DNA of 10,449 nucleotides from a virus: UHGV virus genome UHGV-1344453; one strand, 5' to 3'. Shown piece by piece: positions 7,408 to 10,449 of this stretch (position 1 is its first letter; each line of letters starts with the position of its first letter). The notes under the pieces were generated by a model. It saw only the letters and a program-made list of their open reading frames with translations, ran no database searches and was not told where the DNA came from. The position numbers and the translations under genes were made by a program.

Positions 7408-7764
7408 ATGGCAAGACCACCGAAAGCCCCCGCCTACCTGGATGATATCGCCGTGAAGCAGTGGCGGGAAAAATCGCGGCAGCTTGCGGAACGGGGAGAC
7501 CTGACCCCCGCCGACTGGAGCAATCTGGAACTGTATTGTGTCAACTACTCCATTTACCGGAAAGCCGTCGCAGACCTTGCGGCGCGCGGGTTCAGCATTG
7601 TTAACAGTCAGGGCGGCGAGAGCAGAAACCCCGCATTAAGCGCAAAATCCGACGCTGAAAGAGTGATGATAAAAATGGCCTCCTTGCTCGGTTTTGACCC
7701 GATAAGCCGCCGTAAAAATCCACCGGAAACAGAAGAAGAGGACGAGCTTGACCGCCTGGAATAA
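7408..7764 (+). CDS. terS: Terminase small subunit (P27 family-like)
   Basis: 118 aa. Pattern WREKSRQLAERGDLTPADWSNLELYCVNYSIYRKAVADLAARG...NPALSAKSDAERVMIKMASLLGFDPISRRK fits P27-type TerS. Directly precedes and overlaps terL. Confidence 0.8.
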   Translation: MARPPKAPAYLDDIAVKQWREKSRQLAERGDLTPADWSNLELYCVNYSIYRKAVADLAARGFSIVNSQGGESRNPALSAKSDAERVMIKMASLLGFDPISRRKNPPETEEEDELDRLE

Positions 7765-9409
7765 GTACGCAGAAGACGTAAAAACGGGCAAAATTCCGGC
7801 CTGTAAACGGCTGAAACAGGCCGTTAAACGGTACTTTTCGGACCTTGAAAGCCCCCTTTACACGTTCGATCGTGAGGTTGTGGAGCGGTTTATTGCCTTT
7901 TCCAGGGTGTGCCCGCACGTAAAAGGGCCGATGCGTGGCAGACCCATTGAGCTGGAGCCGTGGCAGCAGTTCGCCTTTGCGTGCATCCTCGGCTTTAAGG
8001 TTAAGGCCACCGGACGGCGCAAATACACGAGCGCCTTTATCGAAGTGCCGCGCAAAAATGCGAAATCCACGACCGCCGCGATTCTGGCTAACTGGTTTTT
8101 GATTATGGAGAACGGTCAGCAGGATATCTACACCGCAGCGGTGAGCCGTGACCAGGCGCGGATCGTCTTTGATGATGCGCGTCAGATGTGCCTTTTATCC
8201 CGACCGTTACGCAGGCGGGTGAATATTCAGGCGCATAAGGTGATACACCCGAAAACCAACAGCCTGTTAAAGCCACTGGCAGCAAAAGCGGCAACCATTG
8301 AGGGGACAAACCCGAGTCTTGCCATTGTGGATGAATATCACCTGCACCCAGACAACGGGGTTTATTCCGCACTTGATATGGGGATGGGGGCGCGTCCGGA
8401 GGGGCTGTTATTTGCCATCACCACATCGGGGAGCAACGTTGTTTCAGCCTGTAAACAACACTATGACTATTGCTGTCAGATACTGGATGGTGAAGAGATG
8501 AACGAATCCATGTTCGTTCTGATTTACGAGCTGGATGATGAAAGCGAGGTTGACGATCCGGCGATGTGGATAAAGGCGAATCCAAATATCGATGTTTCCG
8601 TCGATCGTGAAAAACTGGCCTCAACCATCCAGAAAGCGCGGGGTATTCCGTCGCAGTGGGTGGAAATGCTCACCAAGCGATTCAATATCTGGTGTCAGGG
8701 GGCTACGCCGTGGATGGGTAACGGTGCATGGGCGGAGTGCGCCGGAACGTTCGCGGAGGCGGATTTATACGGGCAGGAGTGCTACGCGGGGCTGGACTTA
8801 TCATCAACCAGCGATATTTCCAGCGTGTGCTATGCCTTTCCGGTCGGTAAAAAGATTATGCTGGTTTTCCGTCACTATCTGCCGGAATTTCAGCTACAGA
8901 ACCCCGCCAATAAAAACCGCGCCATCTATCGCCAGTGGGTAAAGGCGGGCTGGATACGCACAACACCGGGTGACTGCATTGATTATGACCGTATCCGTGA
9001 TGACATCATGGCGGATGCAGAGAATTTCAATATCAGGCTGGTGGGCTTCGATACATGGAACGCCACGCACCTGAGGACGCAGCTACAGGGGGCAGGATTT
9101 GAGGTGGAGCCGTTCCCGCAAACATACCTTCGTTTCAGTCCGGCGGCGAAATCGTTCGAAGTTTTTGTTAACCGGAAGGTGATTGTGCATCGTGGTGATC
9201 CGGTGCTGGCCTGGTCAATGAGTAATGTTGTGATGCAGAGTGACGCGAACGCCAATATCAAGCCGAACAAGAAAAAATCATCCAACAAGATAGACCCGAG
9301 CGTTGCGGCGCTGATGGCGTTTGGCACATTCCAGGCAGAGCATGAGGAATTTGCATTTGATATGAGCGACAGCCACAAAGAGCGGCTTGCGGCGTTTGAT
9401 GGTGTGTAA
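7748..9409 (+). CDS. terL: Terminase large subunit (Terminase_1 family), apparent TTG start
   Basis: 553 aa. ATPase motifs (VPRKNAKST Walker A-like; LAIVDEYH Walker B) and a C-terminal nuclease-type domain. Codon 7748-7750 is TTG, preceded by GAGGA at 7737-7741. Overlaps terS by 17 nt. Confidence 0.85.
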   Translation: MTAWNKYAEDVKTGKIPACKRLKQAVKRYFSDLESPLYTFDREVVERFIAFSRVCPHVKGPMRGRPIELEPWQQFAFACILGFKVKATGRRKYTSAFIEVPRKNAKSTTAAILANWFLIMENGQQDIYTAAVSRDQARIVFDDARQMCLLSRPLRRRVNIQAHKVIHPKTNSLLKPLAAKAATIEGTNPSLAIVDEYHLHPDNGVYSALDMGMGARPEGLLFAITTSGSNVVSACKQHYDYCCQILDGEEMNESMFVLIYELDDESEVDDPAMWIKANPNIDVSVDREKLASTIQKARGIPSQWVEMLTKRFNIWCQGATPWMGNGAWAECAGTFAEADLYGQECYAGLDLSSTSDISSVCYAFPVGKKIMLVFRHYLPEFQLQNPANKNRAIYRQWVKAGWIRTTPGDCIDYDRIRDDIMADAENFNIRLVGFDTWNATHLRTQLQGAGFEVEPFPQTYLRFSPAAKSFEVFVNRKVIVHRGDPVLAWSMSNVVMQSDANANIKPNKKKSSNKIDPSVAALMAFGTFQAEHEEFAFDMSDSHKERLAAFDGV

Positions 9410-9487
9410 CGGAATGGATGAGAGAGGACAATGCTCATTTAATGGAATAAATTTTCAGTATTACCGGCACCCACTTTCAGGGATGTT

Positions 9488-9643
9488 TTTGCGGGTTTTT
9501 TGAGGGGTGTTTGCGGGTTATTTTGAATGTCTTGCGGGTTACACTCTGGCTGATATTTAAATACGTTGTTTTTTAACGTATTGATATTAAAGAGTAAAAA
9601 ATGCTTAGCACGCGAAGATAACCCGCTAACCCGCATAACCCGC
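9488..9643. repeat. Organised repeat array: 3 direct TTGCGGGTT copies, a central AT-rich palindrome, then 3 inverted copies (AACCCGC)
   Basis: Direct copies start at 9488, 9510 and 9531 (~21 bp phasing). Palindrome AATACGTT-N7-AACGTATT at 9560-9582. Inverted copies at 9618-9626, 9627-9634 and 9635-9643. No convincing ORF. Confidence 0.6.
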
Positions 9644-9652
9644 GCTGTTTTG

Positions 9653-9666
9653 TATATATATATATA
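9653..9666. repeat. (TA)7 dinucleotide microsatellite
   Basis: TATATATATATATA visible in sequence. Confidence 0.8.
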
Positions 9667-9799
9667 CGAAAAATTGCATTCAGGATGGGGATCGAAATTC
9701 CTGCAACCCATTACTTATGGAACTGTCCGCCCCGTCAAATTTTTACACCCGCGAAAAATACTTCATGCTGGTGGGCATGATGCCGATATGGGGATCTCC

Positions 9800-9860
9800 A
9801 TAACGGGTTATCCGTAATCATCCACCAGCTTGATAACGGATAGCCGAAAAATGATAACGG
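9800..9860. repeat. Cluster of ATAACGG-containing repeats (TGATAACGG x2 direct, one further ATAACGG, one inverted TTATCCGT/ACGGATA pair)
   Basis: ATAACGG at 9800-9806, 9833-9839 and 9854-9860. Inverted pair at 9808-9815 and 9836-9842. Lies 160-220 bp from the inferred junction with the chromosome. Confidence 0.5.
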
Positions 9861-9899
9861 TTAAGCAAAACTGCCAGCAAATTTCCCTTTTGTTTGTTA

Positions 9900-9956
9900 T
9901 TGTTCGTCGTTGTTCGTAGAGCTTCAACAAAATGTGTGGTCAGTTGTGTGGTCAGT
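9900..9956. repeat. Two tandem duplications near the element end: TTGTTCGT x2 (10-bp period) and TGTGTGGTCAGT x2 (perfect 12-bp tandem)
   Basis: TTGTTCGT at 9900-9907 and 9910-9917. TGTGTGGTCAGT at 9933-9944 and 9945-9956. Confidence 0.6.
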
Positions 9957-10022
9957 TTTGAGGTTTTTAATTCTTGTATGCTGAAAAACTTATTAATTAT
10001 CAACTGATAACAAAAATTAGTA

Positions 10023-10117
10023 AGAAATACCCGTATCACCTGATCTGGATAATGCCAGCGTAGGGAAGTCACGGACCACCAGGTCATTGCTTCTTCACGT
10101 TATGGCAGGAGCAAACT
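10023..10117 (+). promoter_or_regulatory. 3' portion of the thiM TPP riboswitch (aptamer 3' half plus expression platform); the 5' half of the aptamer is not present upstream
   Basis: From ~10023 the sequence AGAAATACCCGTATCACCTGATCTGGATAATGCCAGCGTAGGGAAGTCACGG...GGCAGGAGCAAACTATG matches the E. coli thiM leader as I recall it. The expected preceding GGGGTGCCCTTCTGCGTGAAGGCTG is replaced by AT-rich element sequence. Confidence 0.65.
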
Positions 10118-10449
10118 ATGCAAGTCGACCTGCTGGGTTCAGCGCAATCTGCGCACGCGTTACACCTTTTTCACCAACATTCCCCTCTTGTGCACTGCAT
10201 GACCAATGATGTGGTGCAAACCTTTACCGCCAATACCTTGCTGGCGCTCGGTGCATCGCCAGCGATGGTTATCGAAACCGAAGAGGCCAGTCAGTTTGCG
10301 GCTATCGCCAGTGCGTTGCTGATTAACGTTGGCACACTGACGCAGCCACGCGCACAGGCGATGCGTGCCGCCGTTGAGCAAGCAAAACGCTCTCAAACAC
10401 CCTGGACGCTTGATCCGGTTGCGGTTGGTGCACTCGACTATCGCCGCCG
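10118..10449 (+). CDS. thiM: Hydroxyethylthiazole kinase ThiM, N-terminal part (3'-partial at window edge)
   Basis: ATG at 10118. Translation [56 protein letters not shown]... matches E. coli ThiM from memory. Not in the ORF track because it runs off the window. Confidence 0.9.
   Translation, partial: MQVDLLGSAQSAHALHLFHQHSPLVHCMTNDVVQTFTANTLLALGASPAMVIETEEASQFAAIASALLINVGTLTQPRAQAMRAAVEQAKRSQTPWTLDPVAVGALDYRR

Larger units (their letters stand above)
1..10022 (+). mobile_element. Right-hand part of an integrated capsid-encoding, tail-less phage satellite (cf-PICI-like with P4-type replication module); right junction at ~10022
   Basis: Primase plus iterons, then a complete head and DNA-packaging gene set with no tail genes, ending in a repeat-rich arm that abuts chromosomal thiM. 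Left end, integrase and regulators lie outside the window. Confidence 0.6.

Noticed and set aside
7248-7445. 65-aa + strand ORF with a Gly run spanning the HNH-terS intergenic region
   Set aside because: The Gly run is simply the translated G-rich palindrome. The ORF overlaps the terS start out of frame and has no RBS.
9808-9816. TTATCCGT as a DnaA box
   Set aside because: It does not match the TTATCCACA consensus at the critical positions; it is better explained as part of the local inverted repeat.
9439-10087. Track ORFs 9439-9711 (-), 9566-9817 (+) and 9818-10087 (-) in the terminal non-coding arm
   Set aside because: They span repeat arrays, the (TA)7 tract and the riboswitch remnant. 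Low-complexity translations, no RBS, AT-rich non-coding character.
10160-10396. 78-aa minus-strand ORF near the window end
   Set aside because: It is antisense to the confidently identified thiM coding sequence.

Overview
All convincing genes are on the + strand. The window appears to be the right-hand ~10 kb of an integrated, tail-less, capsid-encoding phage satellite (cf-PICI-like, with a P4-type replication module) in an Escherichia/Shigella-type chromosome. Left to right: the 3' part of a P4 alpha-like primase/helicase gene; a cluster of TGTTCACC iterons (ori/crr-like); a small early operon (unknown ORF, SSB, a PerC-like small regulator, unknown ORF) ending in a terminator; then a co-directional head/packaging operon in the order major capsid (HK97 fold), prohead protease, portal, head-closure/adaptor, gp6-like connector, HNH endonuclease, small ORF, TerS (P27-like), TerL. 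No tail genes occur before the element ends in a ~600 bp repeat-rich non-coding arm. The element abuts chromosomal thiM, and the junction (~10022) appears to fall inside the thiM TPP riboswitch aptamer, whose 5' half is absent here. Two N-runs (1519-1562 and 3760-3772) are gaps or masked sequence; the second interrupts the capsid gene. All family assignments are from reading the translations and recalled motifs; no database search was run.
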